This document shows, in pieces, positions 17,497-28,999 of a stretch of DNA of 64,000 nucleotides (position 1 is its first letter; every line of letters begins with the position of its first letter). Location: positions 640,001 through 704,000 of the forward strand of contig JBMNLH010000001.1 of the NCBI GenBank assembly GCA_050952625.1, read 5' to 3'. The stretch is from Bacillota bacterium. Lineage in GTDB: Bacteria; Bacillota; Ch66; Ch109. The notes below the pieces were generated by a model that saw only the letters and a program-made list of their open reading frames with translations, did no database searches and was not told where the DNA came from. A program made the translations under genes and the position numbers.

Positions 17497-18990
17497 GTGA
17501 CTCTACTTTCGCAGCTATTAGTCGACCTGGAAATGGTGGAGCTTAGTGGTGACCCCAATATCAAGATTAATGGGTTGCACTATGACTCTCGGCAAATTCG
17601 TCCAGGTTTTCTTTTTGCTGCTATTACCGGTTTTCGGACCGACGGACATCTTTATATTCCATCTGCCCTAAATAACGGGGCTTCGGTCCTGTTGGCGGAA
17701 AAACCGGTTGAGGTCCCCTCGGAAGTGACCGTGGTCAGGGTTGCTGATTCGCGTAGAGCCTTAGCTAAACTAGCTGCTGCCTATTATAAGTACCCTTCGT
17801 CCAAGCTCAGGGTGGTTGGGGTGACTGGAACTAATGGTAAGACCACCACCACTCACCTAATCGAAGCTATTCTGAATAAAGCTGGCTATCAAACTGGCTT
17901 GTTGGGGACCATTGCTAATCGGATTGGCGGTAAGGAGTTGCCAGTAGTCCACACCACGCCGGAATCACTGGATCTTCAGGCTTTGTTGGGAGAAATGGTG
18001 AGTTTTGGAAGCGATTATGCCATTATGGAAGTTTCCTCACATGCTCTAGCCTTAGATCGAGTTGCCAATTGCCAGTTTGATGTGGCTGTTTTTACCAATT
18101 TAAGCCAGGATCACCTTGACTTTCACCAGAATATGGATGATTATCGGGACACCAAGTTGCGCTTGTTTTCAGGATTAGGTAAGGATAACCACAAACCGGG
18201 TCCCCAGTACGCAGTGGTTAATGCTGACGATGCAGCCGGGGAACGATTCATCAAAGCAACTCCGGTTGAAGTAATTACTTATGGTCTCGAAAAGCCGGCG
18301 CAAGTAAGAGCCGATAGCATTGAAATAACTCCGCGCGGCACCTCCTTTCGAGCTGTGCTGCCCGACGGTGAATTAGCAGTTAAGTTAAATATGACCGGGC
18401 ACTTCAGTATCTATAATGCCCTGGCTGCCCTCACTGTTGCTTGGCGCGAAGGGATTAACTACCAAACGATCCAGTCAGCCCTGAGAGCGGTTCGGGGGGT
18501 ACCAGGCCGGTTTGAACTAATCGATAGTGGACAGGACTTTACAGTCGTGGTGGATTATGCGCATACGCCTGATGGCTTGGAAAATGTCCTCAGTACGGCA
18601 CGTGAAGTAGCTAATGGTCAAGTAATCACGGTTTTTGGCTGCGGTGGCGACCGCGACCGAACGAAACGACCACGAATGGGCGAAGTGGTAGCTAGATTAA
18701 GTGATTACGCAGTGGTTACTTCGGACAATCCCAGAACTGAAGATCCGATGCGGATTATTGAAGATATCCTGCCCGGTATTCGGGCTGTTGGAGCAAAACA
18801 ATTTACTGTCATTCCTGACCGTCGACAGGCAATTCAACAGGCCTTGCAAATAGCAAAACCAGGGGATATGGTCGTTATTGCGGGCAAAGGACATGAAACT
18901 TATCAGTTAGTCGGAACTGAGGTTTTGCCTTTTGACGACCGAGCGGTAGCCAAGGAAATATTAGGCCAAATAGCTGGTAATTTGAAATAG
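17497..18990 (+). CDS. murE: UDP-MurNAc-dipeptide--meso-DAP ligase
   Basis: GTNGKTT, EVSSH, DYAHTPD, DNPR (DAP specificity), GKGHE. Confidence 0.97.
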   Translation: MTLLSQLLVDLEMVELSGDPNIKINGLHYDSRQIRPGFLFAAITGFRTDGHLYIPSALNNGASVLLAEKPVEVPSEVTVVRVADSRRALAKLAAAYYKYPSSKLRVVGVTGTNGKTTTTHLIEAILNKAGYQTGLLGTIANRIGGKELPVVHTTPESLDLQALLGEMVSFGSDYAIMEVSSHALALDRVANCQFDVAVFTNLSQDHLDFHQNMDDYRDTKLRLFSGLGKDNHKPGPQYAVVNADDAAGERFIKATPVEVITYGLEKPAQVRADSIEITPRGTSFRAVLPDGELAVKLNMTGHFSIYNALAALTVAWREGINYQTIQSALRAVRGVPGRFELIDSGQDFTVVVDYAHTPDGLENVLSTAREVANGQVITVFGCGGDRDRTKRPRMGEVVARLSDYAVVTSDNPRTEDPMRIIEDILPGIRAVGAKQFTVIPDRRQAIQQALQIAKPGDMVVIAGKGHETYQLVGTEVLPFDDRAVAKEILGQIAGNLK

Positions 18991-19001
18991 GGTGGTCGCA
19001 C

Positions 19002-20435
19002 TTGAAAGAAGTTAGCTTAAAACAGATAATAAAGGTTATTAACGGCAAGATTTTACGTGGTCAGCTGCCGTTGCTTGACCTGACTAAGGGGGTTAGCCTG
19101 GACAGCCGTCAAGTTAAGCCGGGTGAACTGTTTTTTGCGTTCCCCGGCGAACGGGTTGATGGTCATGATTTTGTTAATCAAGCCCTAGCGGCCGGGGCGA
19201 TTGGAGCAGTAGTCAAGCATTGGCCGAGAGAAGATTCAGGCAGCTTGACCGAGGAGTTGACTGCTCCTTTGATTCAGGTAGATAATGTACTGAAAGCTTT
19301 GCAAGATCTTGCTGCCTGGTATCGGAGTCAATTTTCTTTACCAGTCATTGGCATAACTGGTAGTACTGGCAAAACCAGCACGAAAGACTTGATTGCGGCG
19401 GTACTGAGTAAGCATTTTTGCACCTTGAAAACAGCGGGAAACTATAATAATGAAATAGGCGTTCCCTTAACCTTATTACAGCTTGCTGATCAGCATCAGA
19501 TCGCTGTGGTGGAAATGGCCATGCGCCGCCGAGGAGAAATAGCCGCTCTCTGCTCTCTGGCCAAACCGACCGGGGGAGTCATCACTAATATCGGTCACAC
19601 CCATCAGGAACTATTAGGTTCACAGGGGAACATTGCCCGGGCTAAGGGAGAACTCCTAGAGTATCTTTCAGAATCAGGGTGGGCAGTTTTAAATGCCGAC
19701 GATCCCTGGCAGCCCTTGATCGCCTCGGAAACTAGGGCCAAAAAGATTTTTTATGGCTTGAAACAGCCAGCCGAAGTATTTGCCAGTCACATTCAACTGT
19801 TAGGCTCCTCTGGCAGTCGTTTTCGGGTTCATCTGCCAGGTGAAGTCAGGGATATTTCCTTGCCCATACCTGGTGAACATAATATATATAACGCCTTGGC
19901 CGCTATCGGAGTTGGCTGGTTAATGGGAATGCGGCTCGAGGAGATGGCAGATGGTTTAGCGGAAGCTCGACTGTCGGCGATGCGGCTAGATGTAAGAGCC
20001 GGCGACCAGGGGACAATTTTGATCAATGATGCTTATAACGCCAATCCCGACTCAATGCGGGCAGCCTTGCGGGTACTGGCCAATACTGAAGGAAAACGAA
20101 CGATCGCGATTATGGGGGACATGTATGAGTTAGGCGACTATACCGAAGAGGGTCACCGCCGGGTTGGTGAAGACGCGGCCCATTTGGGGATTTCCTTGCT
20201 AATTACAGTTGGCCAATTAGCCGAGGGTATTGCCCGGGGAGCCCTTGGTGCCGGAATGTCGCTAGATCAGGTGGTGACTGTTTTAGATAAAAAAGAAGCC
20301 GTGAATTATGTTCGGGAGTACCGGAAACCAGGAGATGTTATCCTGGTGAAGGGATCCCGTGGGATGAAGATGGAGGAGATAGTGAAGGCCTTGCAGCCAG
20401 CCGGGCCGGATGGGGGAGATAACAAAAGTGTTTGA
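19002..20435 (+). CDS. murF: UDP-MurNAc-tripeptide--D-Ala-D-Ala ligase
   Basis: [28 protein letters not shown]. Confidence 0.97.
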   Translation: MKEVSLKQIIKVINGKILRGQLPLLDLTKGVSLDSRQVKPGELFFAFPGERVDGHDFVNQALAAGAIGAVVKHWPREDSGSLTEELTAPLIQVDNVLKALQDLAAWYRSQFSLPVIGITGSTGKTSTKDLIAAVLSKHFCTLKTAGNYNNEIGVPLTLLQLADQHQIAVVEMAMRRRGEIAALCSLAKPTGGVITNIGHTHQELLGSQGNIARAKGELLEYLSESGWAVLNADDPWQPLIASETRAKKIFYGLKQPAEVFASHIQLLGSSGSRFRVHLPGEVRDISLPIPGEHNIYNALAAIGVGWLMGMRLEEMADGLAEARLSAMRLDVRAGDQGTILINDAYNANPDSMRAALRVLANTEGKRTIAIMGDMYELGDYTEEGHRRVGEDAAHLGISLLITVGQLAEGIARGALGAGMSLDQVVTVLDKKEAVNYVREYRKPGDVILVKGSRGMKMEEIVKALQPAGPDGGDNKSV

Positions 20436-21396
20436 AGAACCGCTGGTTAGGGGAGCCTTAACCTTTGGCACAGCCGCTGGGGTTTGCTTGATCTTAGGTC
20501 CCGTATTGATTCCAATTCTTCGCCGCTTAAAGTTTGGTCAATGGGTGAGGGATGATGGGCCTAAGCGACACCTGACTAAGACCGGCACCCCAACGATGGG
20601 TGGTATACTTTTTTTAGCCGGGATTTTAACCGCGGTCCTGGCCTGGGCACCATTAAATCCAGAAGTTTATGTGCTGCTGGGAATAACTCTGGGATACGGT
20701 CTAATTGGCTTTATTGATGATTTTATCAAGGTAGTTATGCGCCGGCCTCTGGGGCTTAGGGCGAGGGAAAAGCTGGCTGGACAGATCATTTTAGGTTTAT
20801 TGCTTGGAGGAGCAGCGGTCTGGGGTTTAGACCGAGGATCAGCCCTGAGTATTCCGTATTTCGGATATACGTTGGATTTGAGTTACGGGTATATTTTCTT
20901 TGCCTTATTCTGGCTGGTCGGATTTGGCAATGCCGTAAACCTAACTGACGGGTTGGATGGATTAGCTGCTGGCAGTATTTTGGTGTCTATGCTGGCCTAT
21001 ACTTTTATTGCCTATTCATTGGACAAGATTAGCTTGGCTATTTTTGCGCTAGCGGTTGCTGGCGGTTGTTTAGGCTTTCTGGTTTTTAATCGTTACCCGG
21101 CTCGGGTTTTTATGGGGGATACTGGGTCCCTCGCTTTAGGCGGAGCTCTCGCCGGTCTGGCGGTCCTCACGCAAACTGAGCTGTTATTGCTGATAATCGG
21201 TGGCGTATTTGTAGTCGAGACATTGTCGGTAATCATTCAGGTTATTTCCTTTCAGACTACTGGCCGCCGGATCTTTTTAATGAGTCCTTTGCACCATCAT
21301 TTTGAATTAGCCGGCTGGTCAGAGGTCAAAGTAGTTCGGGTTTTTTGGACCATGGCTCTGATCTTGGCGGTTATAGGTGTAGCTATCTTCGGTTAG
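20410..21396 (+). CDS. mraY: Phospho-MurNAc-pentapeptide transferase
   Basis: [39 protein letters not shown]. Confidence 0.97.
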   Translation: MGEITKVFEEPLVRGALTFGTAAGVCLILGPVLIPILRRLKFGQWVRDDGPKRHLTKTGTPTMGGILFLAGILTAVLAWAPLNPEVYVLLGITLGYGLIGFIDDFIKVVMRRPLGLRAREKLAGQIILGLLLGGAAVWGLDRGSALSIPYFGYTLDLSYGYIFFALFWLVGFGNAVNLTDGLDGLAAGSILVSMLAYTFIAYSLDKISLAIFALAVAGGCLGFLVFNRYPARVFMGDTGSLALGGALAGLAVLTQTELLLLIIGGVFVVETLSVIIQVISFQTTGRRIFLMSPLHHHFELAGWSEVKVVRVFWTMALILAVIGVAIFG

Positions 21397-21417
21397 TAGT
21401 TATGAGCAAGGGTTGAA

Positions 21418-21467
21418 TTTTAACTTAGTCAGCAGGCTAGACTGGGAATGAACCGCGTCGGCTTTAG
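21418..21467 (-). repeat. Family A element fragment
   Basis: Reverse complement GTTCATTCCCAGTCTAGCCTGCTGACTAAGTTAAAA matches GTTCGTTCCCGGCCCAGTCTGCTGACCGAGTTAAAA near 36392-36427. Confidence 0.7.
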
Positions 21468-21517
21468 ATTGAGAAGATTTAGTCGAATTCAATAATCTTA
21501 AAGGGTGGTGAACTATT

Positions 21518-22915
21518 GTGGATTTGAGTGGTCAAACTTTTATGGATCTTTACGGCCGGAAAATCCTCGTAGTTGGTTTGGGAAAAAGCGGTCTGGCGGC
21601 GTCTAGGGTGCTTAGAGAAAAAGGAGCCTCGGTCACAGCCTGTGATATCCGGAGTTTAGAGGATCTTGGGCCATCGGTGAAGCGACTGATTGACCGAGGG
21701 GTCAAGGTAGTGGCCGGGGATTATTTTTCAGTCAACCGGGAGAATACCGAACTGGTGGTAACTAGTCCCGGCATACCAAGGACCGAAAGTCCTCTAGTCG
21801 AAGCAGAACAGCAAGGAATACCAATTTGGGGAGAACTGGAACTGGCTTATCGTTATTCCCCGGCTCCCTTTGTGGGAATAACCGGCACGAATGGCAAAAC
21901 AACGACCACAGCCTTGGTTGGGGAAATTCTTAAAGAAGCCAGGTGCCCCTGTATTGTCGGAGGAAATATTGGTTTGCCCCTGGTGGAAGAGGTAATTCGG
22001 CTTACCCCGGAACATATTGTGGTTGCTGAGGTAAGCAGTTTTCAGTTGGAAAGTATCGAAAAATTCAGGCCCCAAGTAGCCGCAGTTTTGAATATAACCC
22101 CGGATCACTTGGATCGTCATTATTCAATGGAAGGTTATATGGCGGCTAAGGCCCGTATTTTAGAAAACCAACAGGAACAGGACTTTGCAGTCTTAAACTA
22201 TGATGACATGCTGACGCGAATGCTGGCCACTCAGGCCCGAGGAAACGTTGTGTTTTTTAGTCGACTTCGACAGTTAGACCAGGGGGTGTACATTGAGGAT
22301 AATCAGGTGGTAGTAAACCTGGATGGCCAGAAGGTACCCCTTTTGCCCACAGCCGAAATTCGGATTCCTGGTGCCCACAATTTAGAAAACGCCCTAGCGG
22401 CAGTAGCTTGCACCTGGGTATTAGGGATTAGTCCGGCTAAAATACGCGATACCTTGCGGGTATTTCCCGGCGTTCCTCACCGGCTGGAGTTTGTCGCGGA
22501 GATTAATGGGGTCCAATTCATTAATGATTCCAAAGGGACCAATCCCGATGCGGCAATCAAGGCCTTAGAAGCCTATCCCAATCCCTTGATTTTAATTGCC
22601 GGGGGAAAAAACAAAGGGAGCGATTTTGCGGAGTTAGCGGCTAAAATAAAGGAAAGGGTGCGGACCTTGGTTTTAGTTGGACAGGCGGCACCAGATATTC
22701 GAGATGCGGTTGAGAGAGTTGGTTATCGGAATATCTACCAGGCCAGCACTTTCGAAGAGGCGGTGCTAACTGCTGCTCGTTTAGCTCAACCAGGATATGT
22801 GGTTCTCTTGTCGCCGGCTTGTGCCAGTTGGGATATGTTTAACAGTTATGAAGAAAGAGGGAATCTGTTTAAGCGAATAGTGCAGGACCTAAATATCAGG
22901 CTGCAAAAAGGCTAG
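21518..22915 (+). CDS. murD: UDP-MurNAc-L-Ala--D-Glu ligase
   Basis: GLGKSG, GTNGKTTT, EVSSFQL, NDSKGTN, SPACASWD. Confidence 0.97.
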   Translation: MDLSGQTFMDLYGRKILVVGLGKSGLAASRVLREKGASVTACDIRSLEDLGPSVKRLIDRGVKVVAGDYFSVNRENTELVVTSPGIPRTESPLVEAEQQGIPIWGELELAYRYSPAPFVGITGTNGKTTTTALVGEILKEARCPCIVGGNIGLPLVEEVIRLTPEHIVVAEVSSFQLESIEKFRPQVAAVLNITPDHLDRHYSMEGYMAAKARILENQQEQDFAVLNYDDMLTRMLATQARGNVVFFSRLRQLDQGVYIEDNQVVVNLDGQKVPLLPTAEIRIPGAHNLENALAAVACTWVLGISPAKIRDTLRVFPGVPHRLEFVAEINGVQFINDSKGTNPDAAIKALEAYPNPLILIAGGKNKGSDFAELAAKIKERVRTLVLVGQAAPDIRDAVERVGYRNIYQASTFEEAVLTAARLAQPGYVVLLSPACASWDMFNSYEERGNLFKRIVQDLNIRLQKG

Positions 22916-22955
22916 GTTTTGATTAGGGTGTGATCTTGTGGGGGGGTGAAAAACA

Positions 22956-24062
22956 GTGCGGCTGAAGAAGCGAGCTCCAGATTTTTTGATCTTTTTAACT
23001 ACCATATTATTGCTGGCACTCGGCGTAGTTATGGTCTTTAGTGCTAGTGCCGTCACCGCGGAGCAGAAATTTGGCGATGCTTTTTATTTTTTGAAAAACC
23101 AATTAACTTGGGCAGTAATTGGAATTGTCGCTATGGTAGTGGCTATGTCGGTTGATTACTATCGGATCAAGAAACTGGCCTGGCCAGCTTTAATAATTGG
23201 CGTATTGTGTTTGATAGCAGTTTTAGCTCCCGGTATTGGTAAGGAGGTTAAGGGTGCCCAGCGTTGGATTGGGATCGGCTCAGCCTCGTTTGCCCCTTCC
23301 GAAATGATCAAGCTTTGTTTAATTTTTTTTATGGCCTTCAGCCTCAGTGAATACGGCGATAAAATCAAAGACCTGATAAAGGGGTTAGGGCCTCATTTGG
23401 GAATTTTAGGTTTAGTAGTGGTGTTGATCATGCTTCAGCCGGATCTCGGAACAACCGTGGCTGTAGCTGGCACTGTCTATTTTATGCTGTTAGCCGCTGG
23501 GGCTCGCTGGGGGCATCTGATTGGTTTAGCAGTGATTGGGGTAGCCGGGGTACTAGTGCTTATTATTACGGAAGAATATCGATGGCAGCGCTTTACTGCT
23601 TTTTTAAACCCTTGGAAGGATCCTTTGGATACTGGCTTTCAAACTATCCAGTCTTTATATGCCCTGGGATCAGGCGGCCTGTTTGGGGTTGGTTTAGGCC
23701 GGAGCCACCAAAAGATGTTTTACCTGCCGGAACAGCACTCTGACTTTATCTTCTCGATCTTGGGCGAAGAACTAGGTTATCTCGGTGTGCTGGTCGTCAT
23801 TGGCCTTTTATTTCTTTTTATCTGGCGGGGACTAAGAACTGCGATAACCTGTCCGGATGCCTTTGGTAGTTTACTGGCCGTGGGGATTACCTGCTGGATC
23901 GGCTTGCAGGCAATCATCAACATCGGTGTCGCTTCTGGCAGCTTACCGGTCACCGGCATTACCTTTCCCTTACTGAGTTATGGCGGTTCATCCCTTTTAT
24001 TCACTCTTACCGGTATCGGTATGTTGTTAAATATATCCAAGTTTAGTACACAAGGACGGTGA
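22956..24062 (+). CDS. spoVE: SEDS peptidoglycan polymerase SpoVE/FtsW
   Basis: GAQRW, PSE..K, QPDLGT, LPEQHSDFIF, SYGGSS. Confidence 0.93.
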   Translation: MRLKKRAPDFLIFLTTILLLALGVVMVFSASAVTAEQKFGDAFYFLKNQLTWAVIGIVAMVVAMSVDYYRIKKLAWPALIIGVLCLIAVLAPGIGKEVKGAQRWIGIGSASFAPSEMIKLCLIFFMAFSLSEYGDKIKDLIKGLGPHLGILGLVVVLIMLQPDLGTTVAVAGTVYFMLLAAGARWGHLIGLAVIGVAGVLVLIITEEYRWQRFTAFLNPWKDPLDTGFQTIQSLYALGSGGLFGVGLGRSHQKMFYLPEQHSDFIFSILGEELGYLGVLVVIGLLFLFIWRGLRTAITCPDAFGSLLAVGITCWIGLQAIINIGVASGSLPVTGITFPLLSYGGSSLLFTLTGIGMLLNISKFSTQGR

Positions 24063-24081
24063 AGCCCTTTTCGGGCGAAGT

Positions 24082-25200
24082 GTGCGAGTTGTATTTACTG
24101 GTGGGGGTACCGGCGGGCACCTCTATCCAGCTTTGGCAATAGCGCGGTATCTCCAAAAAGTTTATCCCAAGATTCAAATTCTTTTTATCGGAACGGCGCA
24201 GGGACTAGAAGCAGAAATCGTTCCCAGAGCGGGTTTTAATTTTCTGACCATCAGCTCACAGGGATTGAAACGAAGGTTTAGCTGGTCAAATATTAAGACT
24301 GGTTGGCTCGTTTTGCGTGGTTTGCGGGAATCTAGAAGGATTTTGAAGCAATTTGCCCCCGATCTGGTTGTGGGGACCGGGGGCTATGTTTGTGGTCCGG
24401 TAGTTCTGATGGCCCATTGGCTGGGAATACCGAGCGCAATCCACGAACAGAACGCTTGGCCTGGAATCACGAACCGGATTTTATCTCGGTTGGTAAGTTT
24501 AGTCATGACTACTTTTGAAGAATCTAAACCTCATTTTACTCGGGCGGCTCGAGTGGAGGTAACCGGGTTGCCAATCCGGCCTGAAATAATGGAAGTTAAT
24601 CGTTTAGCTGGTGCCAAGAGTTTAAATCTCAACCCCCAACTTCTAACAATCCTGGTAGTGGGAGGTAGTCGGGGAGCCCAGAGTATTAATCGGGCGATGC
24701 TAACGATTCTTGAGCATTATCAAAATCGGCCAGATATCCAGATCGTACAGGTTACGGGGACTTTGGGATATGAGGAAACAAGAAAGTCTATTATCGAACG
24801 GGGTTTAGATCTGGAGGAAAGTGGGAATATTAGAGTTGTTCCTTATCTTTATGATATAGAGAACGCTCTGGCAGTGGCGGATTTAATGATTTGTCGAGCC
24901 GGAGCGGCAACTTTAGCGGAGATTAGTGCTAAAGGGATTCCCTCTGTTTTAATCCCGTATCCTTATGCCTCAGAGAACCACCAGGAACACAACGCTCGGG
25001 CGTTTGAGGCACAGGGAGCGGCAGTAGTGATTAAAGATCGTGACCTTAGCGGCGAAAAATTATTAGCTGCGGTCCAGGAACTTTTGGAAGAACCGGGCAG
25101 GTTGTCCCGGATGGCCGTGGCGGCACATAAACTCGGCCGGCCTCAGGCGGTCAAGGAAATCGTATCCTTACTTAGCAACTACCTACAACCAGTCAAGTGA
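24082..25200 (+). CDS. murG: Lipid II GlcNAc transferase
   Basis: GGGTGGH, HEQN, GGSRGA, RAGA, HQEHNA. Confidence 0.97.
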   Translation: MRVVFTGGGTGGHLYPALAIARYLQKVYPKIQILFIGTAQGLEAEIVPRAGFNFLTISSQGLKRRFSWSNIKTGWLVLRGLRESRRILKQFAPDLVVGTGGYVCGPVVLMAHWLGIPSAIHEQNAWPGITNRILSRLVSLVMTTFEESKPHFTRAARVEVTGLPIRPEIMEVNRLAGAKSLNLNPQLLTILVVGGSRGAQSINRAMLTILEHYQNRPDIQIVQVTGTLGYEETRKSIIERGLDLEESGNIRVVPYLYDIENALAVADLMICRAGAATLAEISAKGIPSVLIPYPYASENHQEHNARAFEAQGAAVVIKDRDLSGEKLLAAVQELLEEPGRLSRMAVAAHKLGRPQAVKEIVSLLSNYLQPVK

Positions 25201-25329
25201 AGACGCTATAGTCACAACTATAACTAATATTGCATAAGATGGAGTGCCAGAAGGTACAATTTGTCGCTACTAGCTATCTACTCGGGTACCTAAGACAGAA
25301 GTGCAGGGCCGGAAGGAGTGACATTAACT

Positions 25330-26784
25330 TTGATAACCTGGTTATGTCAGCGCGAGGCTATGAAGAAAGAAACATATCAATTGGAATCAGCCACTATCCC
25401 TGTAGAGGCGAACGGCGGATTCCACTTCATCGGAATTGGTGGAGTCGGCATGAGTGGTATTGCTCAGGTTCTGCTGCGACAGGGATACCGGGTAACCGGT
25501 TCAGATCTGAATTCTGGAGAAGTTACTCGGCATTTAGCTGCCGAAGGAGCGACTATTTATCAAGGACACACTGCAGAAAACCTGGGCCCTGACATTACTA
25601 GGGTTGTGGTTTCATCAGCGATTCCATTAACTAACCCTGAAATTGTGGAAGCGCGGCGTCGCGGACTAGCTGTGGTCCACCGAAGTGATATGCTGGCTTT
25701 TTTAATGAATCCGCATAAGGGAATAGCCGTAGCCGGTGCTCACGGCAAAACAACAACCTCTGCCATGATTGCGCTGGTTTTAGAGAGAAATGGCCTAGAT
25801 CCAACAGTCTTGGTCGGTGGTCATGTTAAAGAATTACAGGGTAATGCTAAATTAGGAACCAGCGAGTATTTAGTCGCTGAGGCTGATGAAAGCGATGGTT
25901 CTTTTCTGAAGTTAATCCCGTATTGTGCTGTGGTGACCAATGTAGAAAATGATCATCTTGATTATTATCATTGTCTGGACAATATTCGGGAAGCTTTTAT
26001 CCGTTTCCTCGGGCAGGTTAAACCGGATGGATTTGCCGTAGTCTGTGGGGAAGATCCGTTTTTACAATCCGCGGCAGCGCGAAATTCACGGCGTTACTTG
26101 ACCTATGGCCTTAAATCCGGTATGGATTATTGGCTCAGCGGCATTGATGGTCACGGTTTTGAAACCTGGGGAGATGTTTATTACCGGAATCAGAGACTTG
26201 GTCGCCTAATCTTAAACGTACCTGGGGTTCATAATTTGATGAACGCTTTGGCGGCTATTGCGGTAGCTCAGGAATTAGGTCTGAGTTTTCAGCCAGTAGC
26301 CGATTCTCTTTATGACTTTCATGGGGTCCATCGTCGTTTTGAGGTGGTGGGTGAGATTAACGGGGTATTAGTGGTCGACGATTATGCCCATCACCCGACT
26401 GAGATCAAAGCAACGCTAAGGGCCGCGCGTCAGATGTCTGTTCAACGTTTGGTTGCGGTCTTTCAACCGCACCGTTTTACCCGAACGCATTTCCTGCGGG
26501 AGGAGTTTGGCGATGCCTTCCAAGAAGCGGACCAGGTGATTATTAATGATATTTATTCAGCCGGCGAAGCACCAATTGAAGGGGTTACCGCTCGAATATT
26601 AGTTGAAGAGATTAAAAAACAAGGGATCCAGCCAGTGGATTATTTTTCGACCCGAGAAGAAATTGTTGACTACCTCGTAGACAAGGTAAAACCGGGAGAT
26701 CTGGTTATCACGATGGGAGCCGGTCATATCTGGACCGTCGGCCGGGACCTGGTGGAGCGATTACACAATTCATCTATCCCTTAG
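25330..26784 (+). CDS. murC: UDP-MurNAc--L-alanine ligase
   Basis: HFIGIGGVGMSG, GAHGKTTT, EADESD, DDYAHHPTE, FQPHR. Start uncertain (25318, 25330 or 25360). Confidence 0.95.
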   Translation: MITWLCQREAMKKETYQLESATIPVEANGGFHFIGIGGVGMSGIAQVLLRQGYRVTGSDLNSGEVTRHLAAEGATIYQGHTAENLGPDITRVVVSSAIPLTNPEIVEARRRGLAVVHRSDMLAFLMNPHKGIAVAGAHGKTTTSAMIALVLERNGLDPTVLVGGHVKELQGNAKLGTSEYLVAEADESDGSFLKLIPYCAVVTNVENDHLDYYHCLDNIREAFIRFLGQVKPDGFAVVCGEDPFLQSAAARNSRRYLTYGLKSGMDYWLSGIDGHGFETWGDVYYRNQRLGRLILNVPGVHNLMNALAAIAVAQELGLSFQPVADSLYDFHGVHRRFEVVGEINGVLVVDDYAHHPTEIKATLRAARQMSVQRLVAVFQPHRFTRTHFLREEFGDAFQEADQVIINDIYSAGEAPIEGVTARILVEEIKKQGIQPVDYFSTREEIVDYLVDKVKPGDLVITMGAGHIWTVGRDLVERLHNSSIP

Positions 26785-26867
26785 TGGGGCATTATGGTTA
26801 TGAAAGGAGTTGAAAGTTGTAACAATAAGTGCCCCGGCTCAATTCCGGGGTGCGGGAGGTTGCAACT

Positions 26868-28121
26868 ATGGATAGAATAAGGATTTTAGGGGGAAATCGC
26901 CTGGAGGGGGAAGTTAAAGCCAGTGGGGCAAAAAACGCCTCTCTGCCCATTCTGGCGGCCTGCTTATTAACTCGTGGTGAATGTGTGTTACATGGAATTC
27001 CCTGTCTGCGTGATGTGGAGGTTATGCTGCAGGTTCTGCGTTCCCTTGGTGCTCGCGTTACTTGGCAGGGTTCCGATTTGGTTGTTTCTGCCCAGGAAGT
27101 AGTAGCGACGGAAATACCGGAATCCTTGATGCGTCAGATGCGGGCTTCAAATCTGGTAATGGGTGCCTTATTAGGTCGATGCGGTACTTTCAAGGCTTTT
27201 ACCCCTGGTGGGTGCGCCATTGGTTCACGCCCGATGGATCTGCACCTTAAAGGTTTTAACACTTTAGGAGCGAAAATAAATCAAGAGTATGGTTTTATTA
27301 CCGGGAAGTCGCAACGCGTTAGGGGTGCCTCAATCCAATTGGATTTTCCTTCAGTTGGAGCAACCGAGAATCTAATGATGGCCGCAACCCTGGCCGAAGG
27401 AGTGACGGTTATCCGCAATGCGGCTCGAGAACCAGAAATCGTTGACCTGCAGAATTTTCTGCGTCGCCTAGGAGCGAGGATTTGGGGGGCCGGAACGCAC
27501 GAGATAAGAATTGAGGGAGTGGCTAATCTGGGAAGTGGAGAGCATACGGTAATTCCGGATCGAATCGAGACGGGGACTTTTCTAGTCGCCGGGGTGCTTA
27601 CCCAAGGGGATGTCCTGATTTCTAATGCAATCGAAGGGCACGTAGAATCCATTTTAGCCAAACTCCAGGAAGCCGGGGCTGAAGTCTCCTCGGCGAAAGA
27701 AGGGGTCCGCGTCCGGGGAGGTCGTTGTTTGAAAGCGGTTGATGTCAAAACTCTCCCTTATCCCGGTTTTCCCACTGATATGCAGCCCCAGATTGTCACC
27801 CTCCTGTCTGTGGCTAATGGCACCAGTTTGGTAACGGAAACTATTTTCGAAAACCGCTTTAAACATATTGATGAACTCCGTCGGATGGGAGCCAGGGTAC
27901 GCTTAGAAGGAAGGAGCGTTATTATATATGGTGTTCCTCGACTGACTGGAGCAATCGTCGAGGCCAGTGATTTACGGGCGGGAGCAGCCCTGATCCTGGC
28001 GGGTCTGGTAGCTGATGGTGAGACTCTGGTAGAGGGAACGGTCCACATTGATCGTGGCTATGAACGGTTGGAGGAAAAGTTTAAACAACTGGGAGCCAAT
28101 ATCCAACGGCTAACAAAATGA
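26868..28121 (+). CDS. murA: UDP-GlcNAc 1-carboxyvinyltransferase
   Basis: SGAKNA, PGGCAIGSRP (catalytic Cys), SVGATEN, FPTDMQ, DLRAGA; SD GGAGGT before ATG 26868. Confidence 0.97.
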   Translation: MDRIRILGGNRLEGEVKASGAKNASLPILAACLLTRGECVLHGIPCLRDVEVMLQVLRSLGARVTWQGSDLVVSAQEVVATEIPESLMRQMRASNLVMGALLGRCGTFKAFTPGGCAIGSRPMDLHLKGFNTLGAKINQEYGFITGKSQRVRGASIQLDFPSVGATENLMMAATLAEGVTVIRNAAREPEIVDLQNFLRRLGARIWGAGTHEIRIEGVANLGSGEHTVIPDRIETGTFLVAGVLTQGDVLISNAIEGHVESILAKLQEAGAEVSSAKEGVRVRGGRCLKAVDVKTLPYPGFPTDMQPQIVTLLSVANGTSLVTETIFENRFKHIDELRRMGARVRLEGRSVIIYGVPRLTGAIVEASDLRAGAALILAGLVADGETLVEGTVHIDRGYERLEEKFKQLGANIQRLTK

Positions 28122-28132
28122 AGTTAAAGGTA

Positions 28133-28167
28133 ATTCTCCCAGAATTTCTTTTGGGAGTGTTTTTTTT
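28133..28167 (+). terminator. Intrinsic terminator after murA
   Basis: CTCCCA/TGGGAG stem followed by a T-run. Confidence 0.65.
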
Positions 28168-28177
28168 GTTTAGCCGT

Positions 28178-28205
28178 TGGACAAGGAATCTATTTCTGAT
28201 ATAAT
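28178..28205 (+). promoter_or_regulatory. SigA-type promoter (extended -10) for ftsQ
   Basis: TGGACA ... TGaTATAAT, 16-nt spacer. Confidence 0.55.
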
Positions 28206-28228
28206 TACTTTGTTGGAGGGTGTGGTGA

Positions 28229-28999
28229 ATGACTGCCCCTATTATTAATCCCAAAAGAAATGAAACTTCAGTATTGTGGCGACTTCTGTTAAGCTTTACT
28301 TTTTTGCTTTTATCAACTACGGCTTTGTATTTCTTTTTGCACTCGCCGGTCTTTGGGATCAAAGAGGTGGTGGTTGAGGGCAACCAGTCGTTGGGTTCGG
28401 CGGAAATTATTCGGCTGAGCGGGGTGGTTCCCGGTACCAACATCTTTCTGCTTGATGAAGAACAGATTCAGGGCCGGTTGCATTTACATTCTCTTCTTGA
28501 GACAGTCAAAATCGAACGAAGGTTACCCAATAGGCTAATCATTCAAGTACAAGAAAGGGTCCCCTGCCTTCTTCTGCCGGTGACTGATGGCTTTGTGGTA
28601 GTTGATCATCAAGGAGTTTACCTTACCCGGGTAGGGAGTATAGTGGAGATTAATCGGCCAGTGGTGACGGGCTGTGTAGTTCCGTCAGATGTTCTGCCAG
28701 GGCAAGTAATTGATGTTGTCATTTTGCAGCAGTTTCTTCCGGTTGTCGACCAGATGAGTTTTGAGACGGTACAATCAATTTCGGAGATTAATTTAGAATC
28801 CGCTGAAAGAATCAAGATATATTCGCTAAATGGGGTGGAGATCAAGGTAGGAACAATTGATCATCTAGTAGAACATTTGGATTTACTGCAACAGATTTTG
28901 ACAGTAGAACTCAAACAGTTAGATCAGCCAATTGAGTATATCGATATGAGTTTTAAGGGGTCGCCAGTAATCAAGTTTGCGCAGGGAAAGACGAGGTGA
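28229..28999 (+). CDS. ftsQ: Cell division protein FtsQ/DivIB
   Basis: One TM, POTRA domain (F.IKEVVVEGN...IERRLPNRLIIQVQER), C-terminal YIDM. Confidence 0.9.
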   Translation: MTAPIINPKRNETSVLWRLLLSFTFLLLSTTALYFFLHSPVFGIKEVVVEGNQSLGSAEIIRLSGVVPGTNIFLLDEEQIQGRLHLHSLLETVKIERRLPNRLIIQVQERVPCLLLPVTDGFVVVDHQGVYLTRVGSIVEINRPVVTGCVVPSDVLPGQVIDVVILQQFLPVVDQMSFETVQSISEINLESAERIKIYSLNGVEIKVGTIDHLVEHLDLLQQILTVELKQLDQPIEYIDMSFKGSPVIKFAQGKTR